Shown: piece after piece, positions 12,448 to 22,897 of the stretch
Layout: each line of letters starts with the position of its first letter
Position numbering within the stretch: position 1 is the stretch's first letter
Assembly (NCBI GenBank): GCA_043228905.1
Contig: JBHGNT010000015.1
Coordinates: forward strand, 13,020,001-13,084,000
Source of the DNA: Azolla caroliniana
Taxonomy: Eukaryota; Plantae; Polypodiophyta
Length of the DNA: 64,000 nt
Reading direction: 5' to 3'
Program-made: the position numbers and the translations under genes
Notes under the pieces: generated by a model
Databases searched by the model: none
What the model saw: the letters and a program-made list of their open reading frames with translations, nothing else
What the model was told of the DNA's origin: nothing

Positions 12448-15400
12448 TTACATAGCAATCAATTCATCAATGCCATTTTCTTCATCATCTTGTGTAGAAA
12501 TCTCTTCGGCTATATGTGCATTGGCTTCCCCTGTTAGCCGAGCCAACGAAATATCTTCTATAAGCTCATCATCAAGCTCTATTAGCTCCCCCGGTTCCCC
12601 GGCTAACGGAGGAATAGGCTCTTGCGAAGCAGGTTGAAACCTTTCTGTATCAACGAGGTTCTTTGCACCAACCTCCTCATCCTGGTCTGGGCACTGCCAC
12701 AAAGCCTTAATCCTCATATTTATAAATATAACCTGCTCCTCGTCCTTCTCCAATGCAACTGTGTTTCTAAAGAGCTTCAATGCAAATGTAGACGTTGTTC
12801 CTGTGAAGAAAGTAATAAGAAGAATTAGTTGTCAAACAAAAAAGATTCGGTATTGGTTATCTCAAGATCGTTACCCTAGTTCGAGGAATACCTGTGCCAA
12901 AAAAGAGATCTAATATCTAGTCTCCTTCGATAGAAAACATCTCGATCAAGCGCATCATAAGTCGCTGAGGTTTTTGGTATGGGTTGACAAGTCCCCATTC
13001 TGTCGTCGTGGTGACATGTCGCAATTTCAAGGTCACTGCTGGATATACCAACAGATTTGAACCTCCCACTTCATTAGAATGCTCCTTGATTCTTTGTTTC
13101 TTAATTTAATCGAAGTAGCCAACCGTGATGTATTCAATGGCATTAATGAACTGAAAGGTTGGCCGTCTATTTACATTGGTTTTTATCCTATAAAACATAA
13201 TACATCGAGTTAAGAATAGATTGAACAACCTTAAGAAATGCAATATAATGAATGAGACCTATAAATAATCCTTACCATGCAAGGTTCTCGATGCCATGGA
13301 AACGAGATCTCAAAGCTTGAACTACCGAGTACCCTTGGTCCATACTATGAAAGACAACTATTCGCCACAAGGATGCAGTCGTTAGCTCAACAAAATCCTT
13401 GACCATCCTCTCCAACTATTTAAACCTAAACGGTTCATCATCGTATGATGACCCAACCATTCGAAATCCATAAGGAATATCCGCAATCATTAGCGTATAT
13501 TCCTTCTTTGGCACTTTTTGGATCAAGTCAATGACATCGCCGCAAACCACATTGTAGTAAAGATCTCTCATATAATATCTTTTTTGTGGCTAAATTTTTT
13601 AAAGAAGCCATCTTCCTCTATTTCATACGCCTTGACTAAGCGACGATCCTTTTCTTTTCTGGCTCGCTTGAGATGTGCAAGGAAGGATGTAGGGAAATCG
13701 TGTATATCCTTAACTTCTCCTTGTTTCTTGGCTCGATACGGTTTCTAATAGAAGCAATAGGACATCAGGTATTATTATACAAGCTCTACATATGATGAAA
13801 GGGTAATGAAAAACCATCAATACTAACCCAATCCTTGAATGCAATAAAATACTCTGATAACGCCTTATATGAAGACGTTAGAGGATAATCCTCGGTCACT
13901 TGTTCCCAAGTTATACATCCAAGTTGTTTCATCATAACTTCTTGGATCTTCATGTACACCTTATGACTGTAATATTAGAAATCAAGATTAGAACTTTGAA
14001 TTACACCATATAGACTTGAATATTAGTATTTGAAAGACTTACTTATTGAACTCAGTGACCATTTCTTCAAGGCTTAAATCTTTCGCCACAACCCTTGACA
14101 AAACAGACACAAGAAGTTGGTCGTCCTTAATACCCTGCATCGCTCTCCACAGAGATAGCTTCATGTCGTTTGCCTCTTCTTCAATTGTCAAGTCAATTTT
14201 CTTGGCGGCTTGTGACTTGAACTCTAGTTGAGGGTCAACCTTACATTTCTTTTGTGGTTGACACTTTACCTCCTTATTCTCCCACATTGAGAAGATTTGA
14301 TCTTGTAGGTCCCATACTTCTCCATCTCTAAACGCCAATTGAAACCAAGACTCATATTCTCGAAGACCATCGGACTTAACATTATCATCTACAACAATGC
14401 CGACTTCATGCAGACATTGACGTCGTACACCTGGATGTAGCTTCACACCAAACTTTTGTTTCACGTCCAGATACTCGTGGTGGAAGAACCTTATATGCTC
14501 AATCGACGACATTTTCTGCCTATAGTCATTATCATTATTGTGGTCCCATGCCAACAGCTTTGCCTCTTCAGTTGTGAGCCCCACGTAAATTTTGCACTCG
14601 GCATACTTGAAGAAGAAAGTCGTTGGATGTTCTCTCACAAGTTGCCGATGTGCCTCCACTGAATGCGATCCACCAATGACAAAGTAATTATATTGATCAT
14701 GCTTTCTTATATCAAAATCTTCAATGGTTTCACATTCTTCAGGATCCACCATGACAATAAAAGGCACAAAAGTGGTATGAGGATTAATTTTCATTTTTTT
14801 CTTGAGATTTTGAACATACAAGTGGCTCTCTAATCTCAAGTGGTCTTCGTCCTGTTTTTTCGTCAATAGGGGGCCGATGGATGTGTGTTATAGGAAAATT
14901 AAACACTTGCCCTTTCCTGACCAGTTTATGTTGCATTAACTCTCTCCTTATCTTATTCTGCTCGGATGACAATACACCTGATGCCAGCTTAGCTCCTGGC
15001 GTCCCCTTAGTGTCCTCGTCTTCGTTTTCACTTGATGAATCGGAGTCCGACATTTTGGTGGTCTTGATTGTACTTTAGATGCCCTTTTTGTGGCGTTCAC
15101 GAGGGAGGGCAATGCCTCCCTTAGAGTTACATGGCCTTGTATATAAGGCCTCAAGGTAACAATAAGGTTTTGTGAGCTTTCAAGATATTTTTTAAATGCT
15201 TATGGGCCACAAGATTCCTTTACTAGAAGATCTTCTGAAAGGAACACTTTACGTGCCCCGTTAGAGCACTCTATCATTACTTACAAGTATGTTGGCCGAA
15301 TCTGCATCTTCGTAGTCAAATCGTAGAATACGGCCATACATAAATGGGGTTTCATTTTCAAGCTGCCCCTCGTCCTTCTTCTTTGTTGTATACAATACGA

Positions 15401-16973
15401 CTTTTTTGTTGGAGTCGATATTGCATACACCATTCCTTGTCCGTTAGATCACGGCCAGGAAGGTCTTCACCTCCAGTAGCTGCTACTAGTTTCTTTTGGC
15501 TAACCTCAATGTGTGGTTGAGATTTTGTCTCCTTGTTGAAGAGAAGCTTTTTTCCTCTCTTCATGGACTTAGGAGCTACTAGGGTCTGTGTTTCAATTGG
15601 AGAACCCTGCATGCAGAGCTTTATCTTCTTCATAGGTCGGTCCGAAAAGTTCTCAAACGGCCTATTTAAGAAAGGACATGCGAAAACATAAGTTAGGTGG
15701 TCACGTAGATTAAGGTTGTATATTAAAATACAAATAATTAGATGAAAAAATAAACTAGGAGGCGATTTGTGGTGAACTATAAATATAAATCATGCATTGA
15801 GTGTACATGGTAGTCCTATATTCAGAAATCTATTCTAGTAAGGGCTATTCAACTTAGAAAATATATATCGTAATAAGTATACAAGGATATATATTGTCTT
15901 GAAGGGCAAGTATGACTTATATTGATTCCATATCCATATTGTAGAGAATTTGCATATGATAGACTTGAATTTGGTATCGTAAAGGTAATTTGTGGGTTAT
16001 TTTCTACTAATTTAAGCTATAGTAGGTCATAAAACCTCTATAATTAAGGCCCCTATTTTTTACAAATTAAGGCAAATCTCCATAAAAAAATTCTGATTTT
16101 GACAGAAAGTTTGATAACTTTTCTCACAATACTAAATTGTTGCCCCAAAAACACAATATTCCTCTTTCAAGTTCTTGTTTTATACAGGAACTCGATATGC
16201 CGTATCGTGTTCCTGTATATAGTTCGTGTCTGTACATGAAATCGATGCAGGGTATCGAGTTCGTGTATCAAACACATATTGTGTATCGAGTTCCTGTATA
16301 AAAAAGAGTTACATAACACTGGAACTCGATACGGCGTATCGAGTTCCTGTTTAAAACACAAATATTATACAGGAACTCGATACACCATATCGAGTTCCTG
16401 TTTAAAAAGCAAAGAAAATAGAGGAACTTGATACGGCGTATCGAGTTCATGTATATAGTTCGTGTCTGTACATGAAATCGATGTAGGGTATCGAGTTCGT
16501 GTATCAAACACATACTGTGTATCGAGTTCTTGTATAAAAAAGAGTTACATAACACTGGAACTCGATACGGCGTATCGAGTTCCTGTTTAAAACACAAATA
16601 TTATACAGGAACTCGATACACCATATCGAGTTCCTGTTTAAAAAGCAAAGAAAATAGAGGAACTTGATACGACGTATCGAGTTCATGTTTAAAACCTAAA
16701 CTTTAAACAGGAACTCGATACGCCGTATCGAGTTCCTGTTTAAAAAGCAAAGAAAATAGAGGATCTCGATACCGCGTATCGAGTTCCTGTTTAAAACCTA
16801 AACTTTAAACAGGAACTCGATACGCCGTATCAAGTTCTTGTATAAAGTTTGTATTTTATACAGGAACTCGATACGGTGTATCGAGTTCTTGAGTGCTAAA
16901 ACATATTTACAAAAATGTCCATAGTGTCAGAGGCCTACCTGGAGTCCTGGCGCTCGATTTTCTTTGAAGACAT
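12448..16973 (-). pseudogene. Six-exon ParB/Srx-like domain plus beta-class N6-adenine/N4-cytosine DNA methyltransferase gene, copy 1 (stops and frameshifts)
   Basis: Hand-assembled exons 16973-16939, 15661-14043, 13966-13828, 13744-13276, 13187-12892, 12800-12448; all introns GT..AG and phase-compatible. ParB-like PITHIHRP..HVQNLKKKM..VPFIVMV..YFVIGGSHS.EA; MTase VVCGDVIDLIQKVPKKEYTLMIADIPYG, NPYQKPQRLMMRLIEMFSIEGD*ILDLFFGTGTT..ALKLFRNTVALEKD. Confidence 0.85.
16184..16890. repeat. Array of ~31-bp palindromes (caggaactcgatacg(g/c)cgtatcgagttcctg), ~51-bp period, in intron 1 of the ParB-MTase gene
   Basis: About 13-15 full or partial copies separated by a few recurring ~20-bp AT-rich spacers; includes a 236-bp higher-order duplication. 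Confidence 0.92.
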
Positions 16974-17089
16974 GGTTGATCTTGTTGAAGTGTAGGCGGA
17001 GATCACGCTTTCGTGCTTCGTGCTCTGTGTGCTCTGTTTGCTCTATGTTCTCTTGTGCTTTGTGTGATTGAAATATGACGAGGTCTTCC

Positions 17090-17097
17090 TATTTATA
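17090..17097 (-). promoter_or_regulatory. Candidate TATA box of the ParB-MTase gene
   Basis: ccctataaatagg on the minus strand ~120 bp upstream of the exon-1 ATG; conserved in copy 2 at 59459-59466. Confidence 0.6.
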
Positions 17098-17270
17098 GGG
17101 ATTGACTAGAGTGGTTAATGTAACCATAGTCACCTTAACCAGGGTTGGCAAGCTTGAGGTTAGTTAGTTAGTAACCAGAGTCACTTTAACCAGAGTTACT
17201 TATGATTGCATCAATGATTACAAAGTCAAACTAACATATTGAGGATTATTTTATAGTCAAAATAACATAC

Positions 17271-19109
17271 AGTGAAATGCTCAAGATGTGAAATGCTCTC
17301 AAGAATAGCCTCCTTTTCATTATGTCTCAAGTTACATTTTATAGACTCTCTCTTAGCGTGGAGGGTGTTCTCCCGCTCCAATTATCTCTACTAATTATGG
17401 GGCTTGGTGGGGGCCTAGTTTGGGTGTGGTGCATGAGGCTTGGTAGGGGCCTAATTTGGGTGTGGTCTATGTGTGGTGCATGGGGCTTGGTAGGGGCCTA
17501 ATCTAGGTGTGGTCCATGTGACCACCACAATTCCCCCTTGTAAAAAAAAAAAAAAAAAGTTACTGTGCAGTCGAAGCGCGACGAGGCGTGGACGACGGTT
17601 CCAGACGGGAGGATGACACGGGCGTGGGCGTAGGCATGAGTGTGGGCGGGGGCGGTGGTAGTTGATGGAAGGGCTTCATGCGAGACTGGTGAGCAAAGGT
17701 AGAGTGGTTGTTGGAGGCGCGGCGGAGCAGGTATGTAGTGTCGCGTATCTGCTTTTGAACTTCGAAGGGACCGATCCATCGGTGCATGAGCGATTCGCTG
17801 AGACCGCGACGACGGATGGGGAAGTAGACGAGGACTTTGTCACCGACGTGGTATTGATGGTCGACACGGCCTATATCGTGTTGTCGTTTTTGGCGTAGTT
17901 GTGCCTGGTGCAGGTTGCTCGTGATGGCTTTGCGGAGGAGGGGCTGGAGTTGTTGTAGGTGGGACCACCAAGACACTGCGTCAGCGTGGAGTCGTGTGGT
18001 TGGTTGCGGGACTGCCACTTCTGGGGGTAAGCGCGGGTCCCTTCCGTAAAGGGCCCGAAATGGGCTAATGCGGGTAGAGGCTTGCACAGTTGTGTTGTAG
18101 GCATGCGTAACGAAGGGCAAGATTCGGTCCCAGGTTGAGTGCAGCGGATCGATGTAGGCTGAGATTTGTTGTTTTAAGGTTCGATTGAGGCGCTCCGTCA
18201 ACCCATTCGTTTGCGGATGGTAGGGTGACGTGAATAACTGTTGGATTCCTAGTTGTGTTGAAACGAGGCGTAGGAGCTCACCGTTGAACTGGGTGATGGG
18301 TTCGCGTGGTTGTTGGGTAATTGACTCAAGTTGTTGTAGGGCCGTCTGGCGGGAGTCTTGATGAGCAAAATTCCGAATCATGGCTGCCCGTAACAGATCC
18401 CAGTCGTTGCGTGTCTCTTCGGGTTGTTGTACAAGCCATGTTGCCGTGATATTCTCGAGGAGTGTCTTCATCTCCATTGCCTTCCGAGGGTGTGGCCACT
18501 GGTGGTAACTGGCCACCATTTCGAAATGATCCAACCAAGAGAGGACGTCTTCCGATGGTAGGCCGGAGAACGGTTTTGGGCGAACTCGAGAGTCCGGGAG
18601 ATTTTGTTGTGGCTCGGATCGTGCTGAAAGAAAGGACAACATGGCTTGGTTAGTATGGTTAACTTGTAAAATGATGTTGGACAGAGCTTGAACCAGTTGG
18701 TCGATTGGCGATGTGGGCTGGTGTCCTTGATTGTGTTGTAGGAATTCCGGATTCATCGAGTTTGCGTTGCCGTCGTTGTTATCGTGTTGCATCGTGGCGG
18801 GCGTTGTTGGGGTCGTGAGTTGGGGTGGCTTGGCCCGTCATCTCCACCAAGATGTGAAATGCTCAAGATGTGAAATGCTCTCAAGAATAGCCTCCTTTTC
18901 ATTATGTCTCAAGTTACATTTTATAGACTCTCTTAGCGTGGAGGGTGTTCTCCCGCTCCAATTAGCTCTACTAATTATGGGGCTTGGTGGGGGCCTAGTT
19001 TGGGTGTGGTGCATGAGGCTTGGTAGGGGCCTAATTTGGGTGTGGTCTATGTGTGGTGCATGGGGCTTGGTAGGGGCCTAATCTAGGTGTGGTCCATGTG
19101 ACCACCACA
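17271..19109 (-). mobile_element. Non-autonomous mini Ty3/Gypsy (internal-deletion derivative of the Gypsy-A family) nested between the two transposon genes
   Basis: Near-identical LTRs 17271-17529 and 18853-19109; TSD atac(a); PBS tggtggagatg (tRNA-Ala); PPT caagggggaat; site empty in copy 2 at ~59636. Confidence 0.93.
17560..18792 (-). CDS. In-frame Gag/partial integrase fusion ORF (PR-RT-RH deleted), 410 aa
   Basis: Gag RPKPFSG..WLDHF..QQPREPITQF joined directly to integrase NGELL..TSPYHPQTNGLTERLN..HRWIGPF (GPY/F motif). Confidence 0.82.
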   Translation of the reverse strand: MQHDNNDGNANSMNPEFLQHNQGHQPTSPIDQLVQALSNIILQVNHTNQAMLSFLSARSEPQQNLPDSRVRPKPFSGLPSEDVLSWLDHFEMVASYHQWPHPRKAMEMKTLLENITATWLVQQPEETRNDWDLLRAAMIRNFAHQDSRQTALQQLESITQQPREPITQFNGELLRLVSTQLGIQQLFTSPYHPQTNGLTERLNRTLKQQISAYIDPLHSTWDRILPFVTHAYNTTVQASTRISPFRALYGRDPRLPPEVAVPQPTTRLHADAVSWWSHLQQLQPLLRKAITSNLHQAQLRQKRQHDIGRVDHQYHVGDKVLVYFPIRRRGLSESLMHRWIGPFEVQKQIRDTTYLLRRASNNHSTFAHQSRMKPFHQLPPPPPTLMPTPTPVSSSRLEPSSTPRRASTAQ

Positions 19110-19623
19110 ATACAATGACTTTGAAGGTCATGAAGGAAACAATGATACAGGTTCATGAATGAACCAATGATTGATTATTGAAAGCACCATTTTTATGACT
19201 CTTAATTGCTTTGTATTAAAGATGTGGGCATGAATGAACCAATGATTGAAAAGTCTTATATTTAAAATGGTGGGCATTAATGACCCAATGACTGAAAAGT
19301 TTTATATTAAATATGGGTGCCATTAATTAACTAATGATTTTAACTTTAATCCAACATATATATGGCTTGGTAATGATTGTAATTATATTATACTTGATTT
19401 AACTTCATATAGACTAGTTTAAGTAATTATTAATATGTTAAATACAATTACTATATTAAAAATAATATTTTTTATGTATTATATTAATATAATATTAAAT
19501 AATATAGACATTATATTGAGGGAGCTTCTGTTAAGAGAGGAGTATATGTTTAGAGAGGAGCTTATTAGTTTTTTTCCTTAGCCTAAGCACATAACTTAAA
19601 GAGCTCTGTCTAGACCTTAAGCC

Positions 19624-22411
19624 ATGAGTGAAGATTCACCGTTCTCGATTGAAGAATATTGTTTGTCATCAGACTCTTCGTTTTCTACCGAAGAGTATTG
19701 TTTGTCGATAGACTCACCATTCTCTATTGAAGAATATTGTCTGTCGACATACTCACCATATTCTATCAAAGAGTATTGTCTGAGCTCATCTTCACCTACA
19801 ACGAATGTGAATAATGACACATGTGAAGAGTTCTGTATTGAAGAATACGGTATTAATAAAGATACGGAGAATGAAGGTAGTGCCAATGAAACCTCGAATA
19901 TCAGGGGCGATGGTCACAACAAAGAATTGGATAGTAACAAGGTTACACCAACTTCTATGCAGGAAGACAAATCTGGAAGCCCTATGCATATTAGAAGAAT
20001 CCCACGAAGAATTCGTCTGGCTAGATTTAACTTGGTGACATCAGATAAATAGATTGGGTTTGATGTGAAAAAAATATGTTGTGCCCGTGGTTGTATGTCT
20101 ATCATTGGAAAATCAAAGTTGGGAGAATTAAGACGATACTATTTTTCGATGACTAGGGATGACCAAGACACTTACCTTGGGTCACATATGCAATTAGTAT
20201 CTGACAAATGTACGGGGATCAAAGTATCATTCGAGTATTATATCTTCCATGCGCAAACATATATGTAGAGTTGCATTCAAATTTGTGTTATGTGTTAGTA
20301 ACATGCGGCTACATAGAGTACAACAACGTCTACTTAGCGGGGATCAGATGCTCAATTGTAAAGAGGTTCCAAGTTTGAAAGGTGCAATTGGAAGACATGC
20401 TATTGGTTGGATGAAAAGTTACTTTCAGTTAAATTGTGAAGTAATGCCCACTACAGGTAGGATGCACCTTTCTGATAATTACACACGTCGGGAAGTTTAT
20501 GATGTCTATCGATCTGATATGGTGGGCTCACATAATAAGTCAGTCACATATAGCCAATTCACAAGATTATGGAGAGCTTGGTTTTCAAATGTTATCATTC
20601 CACGTAAAGTACGCATGGGGTATTGCTCCATTTGTGCAAATCTTAAAAGCTTGGCTAAAGGTGCAAAGACATCAATGGAAAAGGATATGAGTAAGAAGTT
20701 ACTACAAGAGCATCGTGAGGCACAATCGTTAGAACGAAAGAAGGCAATGCATCATAGAGAGAAGTGTTTGAAGAGGCCCGAACAATACATGTGCTTAATG
20801 ATAGATGGCATGAATCAGAAGAAGACGTGCTTGCCGCATATGCAGAGGCTCCCCAAAGACGTCACTGATGAGTGCCTTGTTCAAATGCACTTGGTGGGAT
20901 GCTTGGCTTATAATAGGTCTATTGGACCTCACGTCTTCATTACATACCCCAATGTTCACAATGACCCTAACCTAACAGTTACAGTGATTCACCGAGTTTT
21001 GATGTCTTGGGGCCAACCTTTCCCCCCTGTTCTATACATTCAATTGGACAATACTGCTAGAGAGAACAAAAATTCAACTGTGTTTGGCTATCTAAGTATG
21101 TTGGGCAACCAAGGATTGTTTAGGAAAGTGAAAGTCAATTTTCTTTTGGTTGGCCACACACATGATCATATAGATCAGAGGTTTAGCACATTCTCCAAAC
21201 AGTTGTCTCGGCATGATGCTTTCACATTACCAAAACTATTTGATGTCATTTGTGATGCATATACACCACGCCCAAAAGTGTTACACTTGAAGGAGGTATA
21301 TGACTTTAAGAGATATATATCAGATGGGGGTGTTGGGAATGTTAAAGTGCTTGCCCAGTTAAACAATATAAGCTTCAATCACATTTTTATGATAAAAAAA
21401 AATGAAATAAGTGGTTCTACACTTTTGTATGCTAAACAATATTCATCTTCTACAACATGGGAACCTGAAGGTGGTTGCCAGTTATTACTTTGTATGCCGA
21501 GTACAATTGTCCATGGAGCTAAGCATATGCCAATTGAGAAGAAAGGACAGTTGCAGAGTGACTTGGTATCGAAACAAAAACGGTTATGGCTCCAAGCCTT
21601 AGAAGAAAAAAGAAAGCATATTGAGGCTGCCAAGAAATATGCCGCAGAACAAGACACGTCATGGTGGGACGTATTTTATAGTGATCAGAAAGGAATTATA
21701 GACAATTGTGTATTTGGTGATAATTGGAATTTGGAAACGCCATTCACATGGTCGCTGCAACATGATCATGTAAATAGAACTCCAGAGCAACCAACAAATG
21801 CGATTAATGACAGTTTGGTCCATCCACAACAAAGAGACATTTATGTGGGACCAAGGATGACCAAAGCAGCCGAAGCTAGATGGCAAGGAAATTTGCAAGA
21901 CCTCACGACAGGGATGTTGATTGCAACACCGGCTAATGAGAACTCACATGGCCACCAATTTTGGGTTGGTAAAATTCTAGAAGTGCTAATGCATGAAATA
22001 GAAAACACGATCAAATCTATAAACGTTCATTGATACAACACTAGAAGTGCAAATGCTTTTACAGGTAAGTATACATTGGAGATGATTGAATGCCCAACAA
22101 GAAAGGGAGGTAGGAAGAGGAAGCGAAACATTCGTAACACCTCGACCCTTGATATCTCTGATGTGGATATCATCGTGTACGACTTCACACTTACAAAAGC
22201 CGGACGATTAAGGAAGTCAACAATAGATATAATAAAAGAAAAATTACCAGGTCTACAAGGTGGCTCGAGTCAAAGGCAAACGAGATCTGCTACATATAAT
22301 CTAGAGTCAAACCATTTGGTTTATGACGAAGATAATGCATTGATTGGTACATCCGAGGATGATGAGGAGGAATCTTCATTGTATATTAGTTATAGTAATG
22401 ATTCTCCGTAA
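19624..22411 (+). pseudogene. Sola-like DDD transposase, copy 1 (reconstructed ~930 aa; stop at 20050, +1 frameshift near 20256, TGA at 22031)
   Basis: ICRVAFK..VS..RL N-terminal motif, CxxC (CSIC), acidic motifs IDGMNQ, QLDNTARENKN, FLLVGHTHDHIDQRFS; the first two lesions are corrected by copy 2; lies within TIRs with a 4-bp TSD. Confidence 0.8.
19633..19785 (+). repeat. Four 39-bp coding repeats (DSPFSIEEYCLS-like) at the transposase N-terminus
   Basis: Seen in the DNA and the translation; also at 60113-60265. Confidence 0.88.
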
Positions 22412-22731
22412 AGGAGTGATCATGAATGTATATTTGCCTATTAAGTGTAACTACATTCCGCTTCTAACAAATCGAGTAATATTAAAGCATGTGTTTTGAA
22501 TTCTTATGATTTCTAAAAAATCGTCTTATAAAATAACATTGGTTGTAAAGTTTGTGATATAAATTGAGAATGTAACTTTTTCAAATTCGTCTTTATTTAG
22601 TTGCTTCAAAATCACGAAAATAGTGGATTTTTCACCTTTTTCATAATATGTTTGAACATGTATGATACTGGTAACAATGTGTTTTGTAAAATCATTGAAA
22701 AAGCCCTAAAATCAACCAAAATTTCCCTTAT

Positions 22732-22758
22732 CCTTCTACATGTGAACGCGAACATGTT
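22732..22758 (-). repeat. Right terminal inverted repeat, copy 1
   Basis: Reverse complement aacatgttcgcgttcacatgtagaagg. Confidence 0.85.
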
Positions 22759-22823
22759 TCGTCATCAACAAATGGTGAAGTCATTAGAGAGCTTGGGAAA
22801 TACTAACGAAGACCAGTTGATTG

Positions 22824-22897
22824 TGGCCAATGGAGGTTTCCAACCTGCGACCTTCGCGTTATTAGCACGCAGCTCTAACCAACTGAGCTAATTGGCC
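22824..22897 (-). tRNA. tRNA-Ile: tRNA-Ile(AAT)-like gene, copy 3 (B-box mutated)
   Basis: As copy 1; GTTGGAA in the T loop. Confidence 0.8.

Larger units (their letters stand above)
11362..22758 (+). mobile_element. Sola-like TIR DNA transposon carrying a ParB-DNA-methyltransferase gene, copy 1 (complete ends)
   Basis: Imperfect TIRs aacacgttcgcattcacaagtggaagg and ccttctacatgtgaacgcgaacatgtt; 4-bp TSD TCGT at 11358-11361 and 22759-22762, whose removal restores the satellite sequence tttctagtcgtc(g/a)tcaacaa; internal transposase and cargo gene. Confidence 0.88.

Noticed and set aside
12448-13744. Bacterial contamination or restriction-modification system as the source of the MTase
   Set aside because: Gene has GT-AG introns, lies inside a TSD-flanked element in plant satellite DNA, carries nested plant LTR elements, and no restriction-nuclease partner is seen
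13518-13748. Identical 76-aa plus-strand ORFs (also 37623)
   Set aside because: Antisense to exon 4 of the ParB-MTase gene; identity explained by the near-identical tract
16184-16890. CRISPR-like look of palindromic repeats with spacers (also 57961-59231)
   Set aside because: Spacers are ~20 bp, AT-rich and recurrent rather than unique; no cas genes; eukaryotic intron context
17542-17558. Poly(A) tract as a LINE/SINE tail
   Set aside because: Homopolymer expansion of the shorter A-run at the same position in Gypsy-A (~29080), next to the PPT
20249-22033. Host gene, or CACTA/hAT/Mutator/Harbinger transposase
   Set aside because: TIRs start AACAC with a 4-bp TSD, unlike those superfamilies; motifs fit a Sola-type DDD enzyme better, though the subgroup is unverified
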